NCBI GenBank assembly: GCA_051362555.1
Contig: CM120640.1
Location: 21,328,001 to 21,392,000 of the forward strand
Direction of reading: 5' to 3'
Source: Lingula anatina
Lineage: Eukaryota > Animalia > Brachiopoda
DNA: 64,000 bases
Position 1 is the first letter of the stretch. Every line of letters begins with the position of its first letter. The notes under the pieces are model-generated. The model did no database searches and was not told where the DNA came from. It was given only the letters and a program-made list of their open reading frames with translations. The position numbers and the translations under genes were made by a program. Of the stretch, positions 52,109 to 64,000 are shown piece after piece.

Positions 52109-53766
52109 CAGGGTTGCTACTTAATATGGAATATTTTTTATCATTGTTATTTTTGAGTGTTGATTAAATTTTTTTTGGCTTGATACATCAAAAAAGTATG
52201 TCACTGAGTGACAAATCATCCAGTCTTCTGTTGTGAGATATTTTGGTCAATGATATCAAATCTGACATAAGATGCCATTCAAAAGAAAGGAACACCCCCA
52301 GAAAACCAAATCAACAGTTTGATGTCAGTATTAACTTTATGCTATGATATTAATGAAAATGATAGCCTCCGGACAGTCATATGTTACACAGTCAAAGAAC
52401 TCACTACAGTAAATCTTGAAAAGTTAGTAATTGCGGGTATGACCTCCAGCAGCCGCTTGTAGCGCCCTCATCCTACAGGGCATACCCTGTGACACGTTTT
52501 TTAGAGTTTGGATGGAGATATCATTCCACGCAGTGGTATTTGCCTGTCGCAGTTCATCACTATTTACCGGCCGATGACCATAGCTATTAATTCTGTGAGT
52601 TACTTTTACCCAAAGTTTTTGAATTGGGTTCATATCTGGAGAGTTTGCAGGCCAGGGCAGTTGCTGAACCCATTGGTTTTGAAGAAAAACAGTGATTCTG
52701 CGGGTTCGACGTGGGGTTGTGCAGTCGTCTTGGTACACAAAGTTGTTCCTAAAGATGACTCTTACCAATCGAAGCATTGTTTGCTGTAGAATGTCTCTGC
52801 AGGAATCCTGGATGAGATTGCCTCCTAGAAAAAACAACTGGTTCTGGGCACCGACATAAGATGCTCCCCAAACAGAGACGTTACCACCCCCTGCTTGCAC
52901 CCTAGGCAGTACACAATCATCGTTTTATGCCCCTCGTACACGTCGGTGGACACGGATTCGACCATTAACCCTAAAAAATCCATATCTGGCCTCATCACTG
53001 AAAACGACGTGATTCCAGTGTTTTGGCTGCAAACGCACGTGGTCCCCAGCCCATTGCAGACGTCGCTGTATATGACCTGCTGTTAACAGTGGTTTCCCTA
53101 CTGGCCTTCGTGCAAAATAACCGGCTTGCAGTAATCTCTTGTTCACAAGGGACCTTGAAACGGGCGTTTGAATGACGTTCTGCCTCTCTTTTCTGAGGAC
53201 ACTGGTTGTCTTTGTACGACCAGCACGGCGTCTTCTAAGGAGAAGGCGATCCTGTCTTCTTGGTGTGATACGTGGACACCCTGGTCGAGGTATTGGAGTA
53301 GGTGCCCCTGTTGCAGCATTTCTTTGGAGGAATTTACAAACGGTTCCTGATAAATGTTGAATAACCTGGCAATGGCTATCCGTTTCTGGCCATTTTCTCT
53401 GAGAGCAAGAATCCCACAGTAAGCTGCGTTGCTTAGCTGTCGAACCATATCATCAGTAAGGTACCTGTCCAGTTTCATAGCGATCCCTTTGTTGCTTCTC
53501 TAAACACACTCCAAAGATTGACCAAACCCATGCGTTTTTATACAAGGGAAGAAATTGCCGAAAAGACCACCCCTCACATTTCTGACCACAGAACATGCAA
53601 CTGCATGCATCAATTGTTTCGAGAGTTGTGTGGTAATTAGGTAACACACCTGGCTACACATGGAAAGACATCTCAGCTTTGGATTTAAAATAGTTAGAGA
53701 GAAATTAAATATTTTGTAGATAATTTACTCGCCAAAAATTATATTCCATATTAAGTGGTAACCCTG
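52109..53766 (-). mobile_element. Tc1/mariner (DD34E) transposon with a frameshifted transposase pseudogene
   Basis: 26-bp TIRs CAGGGTTGCTACTTAATATGGAATAT / ATATTCCATATTAAGTGGTAACCCTG with TA TSD; motifs ARRP..KPLLT, WNHVVFSDEARY, YQDD, WPANSPDMNPIQKLW (catalytic E changed to Q), split over several frames. Confidence 0.93.
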
Positions 53767-53807
53767 TATGTCCGCTCCCCTTTTTCTCTCTTGCACTTAA
53801 AGTGAGT

Positions 53808-53840
<33 letters not shown>

Positions 53841-53952
53841 CTAATATAATATTACCATTACTTTTAAAATATTTCACCTATACAAATACAATGGAATAAA
53901 AAAGGTATATGAAGAATAACACATTTTCATATATTTATTTCAGTTATTTTAT

Positions 53953-56900
53953 TTATTCATCTACAACATAATCTTTCAAATTTGCCCTGTTTACGGCGCC
54001 TTTCAGTGTGCACCCGCCTTCAATCTGGAGGATATAAGCTCCAGATTTGGATATCCCCTTCACAACGTAGGGCCCCAGCCAGGGGTTTTCTTGTTTGCCC
54101 CCCTTTCTGTCACTCCTTCGTAAATTTCTTTTCAACACTTTTGTTCCCACGGTAAGTACCTGTAAAATTAATTTTGATACCATAAGTGTTTTTGCATCGT
54201 TAATCACAGTTCACCTGCATTCAATTTTAATATAAATGGTAATTGACTACGAAGTATACAAATGTACAAGGCGCACCACTAGTAAATGGTATAATCCAAG
54301 CAAACAGTGTACATATTACGGTCATACTATATGAAACCAATGCTTTATAAGTAAAATCAATTTGATTCATGGGGTAATTCACCAAAAGCTTATACCTCAT
54401 CAGTTGAATGGCGAGCGTCAAACCTTTTTTCTGCTCTTGCTGCGCTCTTTTTATATTTCTTAACGCTACCTCTCCCACTTTTTTTTCATTGTTTCAACCC
54501 TCGTTTCAACTTCCTTTTCATACTGAGATGCACTAGGCAGTTGTAGGCCACTTGGGCCTGCTGTATTCTCTTCAGACTGGTCTTCTTCGTCGCTGTTGCA
54601 CACATCAAGAGGGAGCACAGGTTCTCTAAAGATAATATTAACTAAAATTTACAAACAGTTAATAATGCTTTTTATTTCGTATGTTGTATCCATCTGAAAT
54701 AGCATAATTAGAATAAAAAGACGACATTTTCAGTATTAATTACATCACTTCTGGTGTGGGTAAAACCCAATTTTATTTATTTAATAAAACATGAAATAAT
54801 TGAACATTTATGGATAATAATTTACATATTCCTTCATACCTCCCAAACATGAGATAAAAGGGTGAAAACCCAGTAGATGCTTGGACTGATGTATAATAAT
54901 CAAATACTACATCCCCCAAAACGTCATCCCACTGATGATCGTCTTGATACTTTAAAAGCATGTCCTTCAGGGTCTGGTTGAAGCGTTCTGGAATATTATA
55001 TAGGCCTGCATCTTAAAATCTATATACAATATAAATATAATAAAAATGTGGACTTATCTCATCAAGTATATTAACTTGCAAAAGTTTAATAATATATTAT
55101 GTATTACATTAAATGGCTAATATATTCTTTAACTAAAACGTGGGCTAAAATTAAGGACAGTAAGTACGATCACAGAGACATTTTAAAGAATTCCAATCAA
55201 ACACACCCGTGAGACCATTGCACTGGGGATGGTAAGCTGTGGTTCTTTTATGTTTTATTTGAAGTGACGTGGTAATACGGTGCAACAGGTTGTTGTTGAA
55301 TTCTCTTTCCTGGTCAGTTAGCAAAACTGGAAAACATTCAGTAATGCCATGGATATTTTAGTTAACAACTTCGTCGACATGATGTTCATCGGAAATGTTA
55401 CTTTTTACTGTCATCGAAGGGGTATAATCCACCCTATTTAAAAAAGTAAATTAATTAAGTTATCTTAACATGTAACTTCGAAAGAAATCGTTGTCGATAC
55501 ATATTCATTACTGCACCTATAATATTCAACACTTACGTAAAAAAAGGTCCAAAAGAAAGCTGGCTACCCCTGTCGCTTCCTTGGAGGGCAAGGCACGTGC
55601 ATGGGCCATCTTGGTGTAGTAGCACAAAACAGTACATACGTACTGATTGCCCCTTTCTGTTTGTTGCATTGGCCCAATTAGATCGATCCCAATCTACTAA
55701 AAATTAATAAAAATACGTTATTTCTGATTTTACATTAAATTCGTAGATGTTTAACTACATAAATAACTGATAAATAAAGAAATTTCCACAAGTCTTAATG
55801 TTTTCTGTTAAAACAATATGACGATAACAACGAAAAACTATTTTCAATAGCTATTTTTCCAATTAAACACCACGATTAAGATAAAAATTGTCTTGATTAC
55901 CATCCTCCACGCCTCAGGCTTGTTCACAGGAATAGGGTTAAGCGGTGGAGAGCCGTTGTTGCTCTTTTTGTTGACACGCTGACATTTGTCACATTTTAAA
56001 ATGAATTTTCTGATGTCGTCTACCATGTTTGGCCAATAATATATCTTTTCAACCTTGGCCAGTGTCTTATCTCGTCCTAGGTGACCACCTTAAATTTAAA
56101 AACAAGGAAATTAATACATCGCATTCTATGGACACTTTTTCAATGTCTGGAATTACGTCACACAATTAAATAAAGCAACGTATACGCGGTATTGTGAATA
56201 CGGAATTCTTTTAATACATACTTACCAAGCGGTGATGTATGCAGTGTATCCAAAATTTTTTTCACTTCTTCCCTGTTTCTTACAACTTTTTGCCATACTC
56301 CACCAACATCATTATCATCATTATCATTCTGCCCTTCATCTGCTACGTCCCTCACTTTCCTCTTGCTAACTCTGTAATAGAGCTTGCCATGTTCAATCTG
56401 AAATAAGCATTACAATATGCATATGTGTACTCATGATGTTAAAGGAATTAAGCAGCTGTCCCCGGATCTAAAATCCCAGAAATGGTAGTCCCCTGGACCT
56501 AAAATCCCAGAAAAGGTAGTCCCCGGTCCTAAAATCCTAGAAATGGTAGTCCCCCGGACCTAAAATCCCAGAAATGGTAGTCCCCCGGACCTAAAATCCC
56601 AGAAATGGTAGTCCCCCGGACCTAAAATCCCAGAAATGGTAGTCCCCCGGGCATAAATACCCATGAAATAGTAATCCCCTGCAGGACATTTTTTAAAGGT
56701 ACATAGGTCCATTGGACACACATCCCTGGAATTGTATATCTGCGTATAACGTAGTGTGACCTCTAATAATATTGCATATTTAACATCATGAAAATTGAAA
56801 GTTTACTTTATAATTAGACTTGCTTGTTCTCCGAATAACTCTTTTCTGTGTTGGTGTTGTCTCGATAGGATACGTGCCCTCCTGAAGATATTGGAAAATA

Positions 56901-56959
56901 ACTTCAACTTGTACAGTTATATTTTTACTCTTTTCAGGTCTGTTATGGCCAATGAACAT
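53953..56959 (-). pseudogene. Intron-containing Ginger/GIN1-like (Gypsy-integrase-related) transposase, degenerate
   Basis: About 8 exons: IFQYLQEGTYP (~56811-56959), IEHGKLYY..LHTSPLG (~56226-56397), GHLGRDKT..YYWPNM..CDKCQ (HHCC zinc finger, ~55901-56089), IGIDLIGP (~55537-55693), LTDQ.REF..TTAYHPQCNGLT (~55208-55335), ERFNQTLK..TGFSPFYLMFGR (~54839-54987), ~54395-54625, WLGPY (GPY/F, 53953-54159); apparent frameshifts. Confidence 0.85.
56456..56682. repeat. 31-bp minisatellite (~7 units) in a Ginger intron
   Basis: Head-to-tail units AAATGGTAGTCCCCCGGACCTAAAATCCCAG. Confidence 0.9.
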
Positions 56960-56982
56960 GGGGAGAAGAAAAGGTCACCGTC

Positions 56983-59900
56983 TGTAAAGCCTCTCTTCTG
57001 GTCCTCAAATCAAGTTCGGTCCCTTGGTTCTAAACTGTTTACAAGAAGCTCTATACTGGACCTACACCTGTAAATGTCCATCATTACGAGTTCAAACGTG
57101 TTCCCTAAACGTGTCCTTGGCTGACTCTATTATGGTCTCCAATATTTGAGATTTAAAACTTTGAGAGGCTACCAAAAAACGTACGTAAACTGAATGTTAG
57201 AAAGAAATGCATTTCAATTATTTAAAATTGTATTATATTTGCTATAATATATTCTCAGATTTTTTAAAGAACACAAAAGTTTTGCTGCGTGACTACCTTT
57301 AGGATGCTTAAGAATAATACTACAATATTTATGGCGTTCTCTGCCTCATGTTTTCAAGACAGTTACATTCGTGGGTGATTGTGTGCATGTGGTGGTGTTG
57401 GGGGGGGGGGGGGGGGGGGTGCTCACTCACTGCCATGATTGTGCGCTTTTTATTCCGTTTCAAGTTAGTATAAGCTCTTATTTTCATATGGACGCGTTTA
57501 TTCCCGTGAATTTCCTAAATGTCCACTGGACTGGTATGGTCACGCGTTTTGTGCAAGTAGTAGAAATGGATTATATTTTTTTTTCGAATCAGCAGATCTA
57601 AAATAAACAAAGTTTATTAATAAACGCGCAATATTTTCGTAATTAAAGCCTATTTGCCTGTTTGACTGCATTTAAACTAAGACGCAACTGACCATAATGT
57701 GTGTTTGATTGACGGGGCTGGTTTAAGCCCCTTTTACACTGGACGGCGTCCTTTCTGCGTCCAGCAGTACGGCCCCATTTGAGAGTTAAAAATTATAATA
57801 CTTTACGTGCCGACAACTGGCCGTTCATTGAGCATTCATTCTGATACAAAATCAATGCTCGTGCCTCCTTATTAAGACCACAGAGATGCCAAATTTCATG
57901 GTCGCAGAAAGGACGCAGAAAGGACGCCGTCCAGTGTAAAGGGAGTATTAGAGATGTACTTGCTGCATACCTTGTTGATATTTATACCTAGGCTTTCACA
58001 AGCTGTATATCCCATATCATTCAGATAATGTTCAAGTGTTGTTTTGCTACATGATGACAACTTAGCATCCCAATTGTATTGCTTTAGGAGCGTACAGTGA
58101 AGGGAATATCATGAAAACCCAGTGATCTGACCAAAGACATTGTAGAGATCCAGTATAACTACGTAGTATAAGTAGGCCTATGCATACCAGTGCAGTTTAC
58201 TGTTACACAACGCCGTTCTCCCTTGGGCAAAATTAAAGGCTAAAATCCCCGTTTCAATTTACCAGTTCAAGGGAAAGATTCAGAACAGCGCCCTGGCCTG
58301 AATTTTGATCTTACAAACTGACCTCGGAAACCACAAAATTTTCTTTCATGCCCGAAATCTGTGATTTTAAATACTCGATCCCCACCATTAAATGTCCCAC
58401 CGACCCTCACATTGACTGCCTCTCTTGTTATAGAGCACAATTCAAATTAATTTAAAAGAGAAAAACCTAGCTGTTATTACAGAATCAGGATTCTTTATCA
58501 TAGATTTTGTCTCGACTCCAGGGACGTCTCAATTTCTTTTTCGCCCTATATATATGTCTTATTAAGTTGAATGGTCTTTATCGCAGCATCTTTATTTAAG
58601 TTCATTAAAAACCACAAATCAAAGGAATTGTGCGCCGTAATGTACATGATCTTTGGATGGTTATTTTAAGTAATCCGATGTTGATAATTTCGAATCCTAT
58701 ACATTATAGTACATATGCGTACATGGAAAGCATCAAAACAGATTAAAGGCATTTTCGCGTCGATCATTATACCGTTTTATTTGCATCTCATCTGTAGCGA
58801 ACATTTGTTGCCAGATTAACGAAGCACCGCGCAATTATGTAAGAAAACCACGAAAATAGAGCACCCGCACCAGACACGGGCATTTAATTTTGGTTGGTCT
58901 GTAAAGGGCTTGTATTCGACCGGAGGCAGAGTTGTGAATCAATCTACAGTATATTATTTTCCGTTTATATAAAAGTTACCTAAGTCTCGCATAACGCTAT
59001 CTCAAAATTGGTCCATTTATGACCCTTTAAAACACCGCTACAGATGTAGACACTCCAACCCAATTAATTGAGTTCGATGTGAGAAAACTTTCAACAAAAA
59101 GTGAAAATGTGAGCCACATATATTTAGATTAATATCGGAATAAATATATGACACGTTCCATTACTTTCACTGGTTTATGCCATTGTACCCTCTAACTGGG
59201 AAAGCAGTCAGCAGTTATTAAAAGTAATATGAAACATTAATAAAAACGTTATGCAAAACGTGAGCGGTTGTGATAAGTTAATTTACGCTCTCATCTTTCA
59301 TATGAAAAGAAAAATGATTATTTATTACAAGAGTTCAGGGTGGGAAGAGGAGCATAAGGGCATAGCAACTATTATGTTATGAAATAAGTTAAGTTGAGCC
59401 TTTCTTCTGATATACTTTATCGTGTTTCGTGCCTATCTAGCTTAGTCGGTTAAGAAGATATATAACCCCCCCCCTCCCCGCCCACACTTCTTTCAACCTG
59501 TAAGATTGGAAAGTCGGTAGTCTGGCTCGGGCAATAAAATCTCACTATCTCCACATCTGGTTTCTATCTTGGACCTAACTCTATTTAGGTCCAAGTTTCT
59601 ATCAAGCGCGTTCAGAGCTTCAGAGCTTAGGACAAACATATTGCTCCTCGGGCCAGGAAATCTGGAGAAGGGGAGTAGAGGAACATGTCTTCTCAATATG
59701 GAAAGCTATATATTTTTGGTAATTTCCTTTGCAACATTTACAAACACTAAAAAATATCCTTTCTCGAATTAATATCATGTTTACACATTTCTGTAAATAT
59801 CCTGAATTAAAATACCAATGTTAAATGTCAGAGACTTTGATTTATGACGAGAGAGAGAGAGAGGTAAAGACAATCTGTAAATGTCCCGAACCAGAGGAGA

Positions 59901-60818
59901 GTGTTATAAACTGAACACATCTTGGCTACAACCCGTAGACAGTTAGCCCGCAGAGTGGTTTAGTTATTATGATCAACATAATTGTTTATATTTTTATTAA
60001 TATCAAACAATTTTACTGTTTGCAGCTATACCTGTTTGGAACATGTACTCTGCGCCATATAATAGCAATGGTGCAAAGTGGTGATATTGTAAAATCCTGC
60101 AATAAAATTTTCTTCAAATATCAAATTTTATTAGATGGTTGAATACAACATCAGTAATAGAACACTAATAGAATTCAGCATAATGATACTGAATTGTTGT
60201 AAAGACATGAAGGAAGCAGGGTGACCATATATGCTCGGAATATTGTCGGAGAGGGAAATTTCTCCAGTTTGTTCACTGCCCTGTGAAGCCATATTTTGTG
60301 GCCTGAGATGCCGTTACTTCGTGACCTGACCTGTCAAAAGCACGTCCGTGCACTCTTTTCATCTTTTGATTCTTCCACATTAATCAAGATACGGAGTATC
60401 AATTACAAGTGACCCCCGGGGGGGGGGGGCATGAAGGGAATAAATAATTATATGTAGTATCCTTGTGACAGAAGGTTACTCTGCAATTTATATCTTTCAA
60501 TTTATGCTGTGAAATAATAGCCAGCTAGTCCGTTGATCTGGCGAATCAACCAAATGACCGTTAGTTGAGTTGCTTAACTGCAAGTATTTAATCCCCTCCC
60601 CTCCCCCCGAACGTCAAACTGGCAGGTTTCCAAATGAAGACTATACCGCAGAAAAAGTTTGGGGTCCAAAAGAGAGTCAGCCAAGTACACGTTTGGGGAA
60701 CACGTTTGAACACGTCGTGATGGACATTTACAGGTGTAGGACAAGAACAGAGCCTCTGGTAAACAGTTTAGAACCAAGGGACCGAACTTGATTTGAGGAC
60801 CAGAAGAGAGGCTTTACA
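56983..60818. mobile_element. Non-autonomous DNA transposon with ~160-bp TGT..ACA TIRs and a 6-bp TSD
   Basis: 56983-~57142 is the reverse complement of ~60660-60818 (TGTAAAGCCTCTCTTCTGGTCCTCAAATCAAG..); accgtc at 56977-56982 and 60819-60824. Confidence 0.88.
57727..57946. mobile_element. MITE (PIF/Harbinger-Tourist-like) nested in the TGT..ACA element
   Basis: IR tttacactggacggcgtcctttctgcgtcc / ggacgcagaaaggacgccgtccagtgtaaa, with taa/tta-like flanks. Confidence 0.6.
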
Positions 60819-61045
60819 ACCGTCTTCTGTTGCTACTCCAGGCAGACAGAGGTTGCTGCTATCACAACGAGATACGGGATAGAATTTGAAATTGAAATAC
60901 ACTAATTAAATCCATCAGTTGCAACTCAGACTGCTGTCTGACATTTAATCCTTATTATACAGTTGAAATCTCTATCAAAATCCTATAATACTGCTGCATG
61001 AAAAGCAAATAAATAAGATACAGGAATCAAATAATACCCATAATA

Positions 61046-61208
61046 CAGGGGCGGATCCAGATATATTTTCTGACAGTCTTCCAAATTATCTTTGGATCCA
61101 TCCTCCATTTTTAACATCTTCCGACAAAAAACTAAGTTATCGTCAATGGAAACTTGAAAATCTGACCGTCTTCCGAAAGACCCAGAAGATTGCCTCAATC
61201 TGCCCCTG
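61046..61208. mobile_element. MITE with CAGGGGC..GCCCCTG termini, 6-bp TSD (copy B)
   Basis: Perfect ataata duplication at 61040-61045 and 61209-61214; inverted homologue of 1801-1965. Confidence 0.78.
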
Positions 61209-62021
61209 ATAATACACAGAAAATTTCTGATTAAAAAAATGGTATGGTAGATTATGCTTCCTACTAAATATTAACAACACATTTCTGATCACAGAAAAAA
61301 ATATCCTGTGTGCGCACTTTCCATTTTGTGTCAGCACTATTCATGATAATAAATACCCATGTAGGGTACGTATGATATGTAAAGAAGTCGAATTTCATAG
61401 CCTAACAGTCAACATCGTGCAAGAGAACGGCCTTACTAGTACTTGCCCAATGACATTTACTCTCCACTGGCATGCTTTTTAAGAAAATCATGTGAACTGC
61501 ATTGTTTTTTTATTATTTTGCATACTTATCACATACTTTTCACTTGTATTGACAACAAAACTAATTAAAAGCATTGATTTGTATTTTAACTTCTGATCAA
61601 AATAAAAACAACTTGTAAGTTGTAATTTCTACTTTGTGCATAATTTCAATTTCTACTATATATACTATAAGCACGTAAGTAACCTGCGCTGTTATCCACT
61701 ACCTGAGAGGAAGCATTACTGGCCTTAGAGGACACTGTTGTTTATACTTGTCGAAGGTAAACCAAATAATTTCGTTAGGTCGTCGTTGTGGAAAACTCGG
61801 CTTTTACATAGTCAATTCATTGAAAAATCTGTATCAAAGATCATAATGTGTGTAATGTGGTCTCTGTTATCCAAATTTTGAAATAACTTGTCGATAACAT
61901 AGGAGTATTAGTATTTTTTCTGAGGTCTTCGCCGAGGAGCTGGAGGAACTTCAAAGTCACACCTTGAAAATGCTAATATGTGAAAAATTAAATTTTCACA
62001 AAAAAAAAAAAAAAACTGTTT

Positions 62022-63287
62022 AACTAGCAGAAAGAATTACCAAACAGACTGCATTGCCTACTGAAGCTGTATTTTAGTCCCATGTTTCTTTCCTGTAAGT
62101 TTGAGAACAGTAAGTGACATGATTTTTCTTAAATGGTCATCATGGGAGCAGTGCCCAAAATATTTTTTTCCAAATTTTGATGCAATATTACATAACGTTT
62201 AACAGCATAATGACCATCAATTTTTAATAATAAAATATTAGTATTATGGATATTCAGAAAATGTGACTAGCAAAGGTCTTCAGGCCCATGGAACTTCAAA
62301 GTCACAACTTGAAAATGCCAAAATGTAAACAAGACGGCACTGTTCTGAAATGTTTTTTTCCATTTTTAACACTTTTTTAACATAAAACAAAATTAACAGT
62401 TTACTGCCATTTTTATATGATCAACTAAGAAAATTGATGAGATGTGAAAAATATCAATAGAACAGTGTCAAATGTCCAATTTCCTCCATTCTGAGTTTCT
62501 GAACATAGTGAATGATTGAATCTTACAAACTGCAATGATATGAGTTTATTTCCATTTTTGACACCTTATTACACAATACACGATAACAAGTTTACCATCA
62601 TTTTTATTTTACGTAATCAACTAACAATGTTGTAAAGATGCAGGAAATGTCAAACAAACACTTTTACGTATCTTATTAATTAAATAATGAGACTGTTAAC
62701 ATGCCTAAGAATTGAATCTGAGGAAATGTGAAAAAACAGCATAACTTATAAAATAATGGTCCAATTATGCTGATTTTCGAACTTGACCTGCGTTTTAGTA
62801 AGATTGATTACTCCTGTGAGTTTCATGACAACAGGCCCATGGGTTTTCCTTGAAATGTGTTAACAGTGTTGCATATATGCTGAAAAGTGAAAAAAACAGC
62901 ATAACTACAATGTACTAAAATAGTGGGCCGATCATGCCGATTTTCGAACTTGATCTGCGTTTTAGTAAGATTGATTACTCCTGTGAGTTTCATGACAACA
63001 GGCCTATTAGTTTTCCTTGAAATGTGTTAACAGTGTTGCATATATGCTGAAAAGTGAAAAAACGTGCATAAATTCTACAATAATGGCCCGATCATGCTGA
63101 TTTTCGAACTTGACCTGCGTTTTATGAATATTCATCAGCTCTGTAAATATAAAGCCAAAAAGTAAAACTGTCTTCCACTTATGGTGTTAACGCTGAAAGT
63201 GCACGGCGACATGATCGGCGACGGCGTCGGCGACGACAGACGCAGGTGATGGCAATATGTACAGACACATCAGTGTCTGTACATAAA
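62022..63287 (+). mobile_element. Helentron-associated interspersed element (HINE/DINE-1-like) with internal ~160-167-bp tandem repeats
   Basis: Tandem units starting ~62728, 62888, 63055; GACG/GACA-rich tract; terminal hairpin tatgtacagacac-atca-gtgtctgtacata (63256-63285) followed by an A-run; 5' boundary uncertain. Confidence 0.65.
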
Positions 63288-64000
63288 AAGGTACAGGCAT
63301 TTGATCCTTGCTTTCCTTCATCCGCATGTGACGTGCATTAAAAAAAGCAAAAACAGTGTTGCGCCTTCTGTATATAGAAATACAACTTACGAGTATAGAA
63401 AGTTGTTTTATTATCACTGCACTAACACACGAAGCTTAAACGATTTTCGGTGATTATAAAAAAATTGCAGATGACTTCTCAGCACTATAGCCCCCAGTTG
63501 ATCTAGTAATCTATTGGCCAATGTGAACGTGAGTGGTTGTCCTTAGCAAAAGTGCTACGGTACTGCGGTGCTGTAATGCAGTGGTGTTTCTCAGAAGGAA
63601 GTATAGCAGGAAATAATTGCATTAGAAGTCATTTTCAAAAGAAACCAAAAACACCCCAAATTAACATGAAGGAAAAGTTAACAAAATATTTATCAATTAA
63701 TGGTTGATATTCAACTTAAACCTTAAAATCGAGATTGGGTAGCCACTGAATGTAGAATGCGGAAATAACATTACTTTTTATTTATTCATAGTTAATCATT
63801 ATTATATTATTACGTTGAATATTCATTTTAAGTTAACCAGGTGTATAAATTGAGAGGTCAGACAACCAGCTGCATTTTCAAAGCTTACTATTCCACCAGC
63901 TACATAACTCTATTTGTGAGAATTGAATTGTTAGTTGCCTGAAATTCAGGTTAAACCCATTGTACAAGAGTTGAAAATGCCACCATGTTTAACTTTTGCA
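63286..64000 (+). repeat. Distal upstream flank of the paralogue 5 duplication unit, homologous to ~38192-38877
   Basis: Near-identical aaggyacaggcatttgatccttgcttt..ggccaatgtgaacgtgagtggttgtccttagcaaaagtgct..ccaccatgtttaacttttgca. Confidence 0.9.

Noticed and set aside
56456-56682. 31-bp repeat array as a CRISPR array
   Set aside because: Units are head-to-tail with no unique spacers, there are no cas genes, and the context is eukaryotic

Overview
AT-rich (roughly one-third GC) animal genomic DNA with spliceosomal introns; the repeat landscape suggests a marine invertebrate. Left part: first coding exon of a K+-dependent Na+/Ca2+ exchanger (SLC24/NCKX, minus strand) and a complete 9-exon INO80B gene (plus strand). 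Centre: a tandem array of five minus-strand, five-exon paralogues, all with open reading frames. Each encodes a ~230-aa, Lys/Arg-rich, signal-peptide-bearing protein with an HEIGH zinc-binding motif, a downstream GHKG and a GEIDLM motif. It does not resemble a standard animal peptidase family, and its motif set resembles bacterial hypothetical metallopeptidases, so it is a candidate for a horizontally acquired, intronised and amplified secreted enzyme family. This array is the most interesting system here. It is interrupted by nested mobile elements: an apparently intact DIRS tyrosine-recombinase retrotransposon inside an L2-like LINE, and a ~13-kb cluster (Tc1, intron-containing Ginger integrase, a TGT..ACA element with 6-bp TSD, MITEs, a Helentron-type HINE) that replaces the promoter of paralogue 5. 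Exon boundaries were read by hand from GT/AG sites and phase continuity; no database searches were run.
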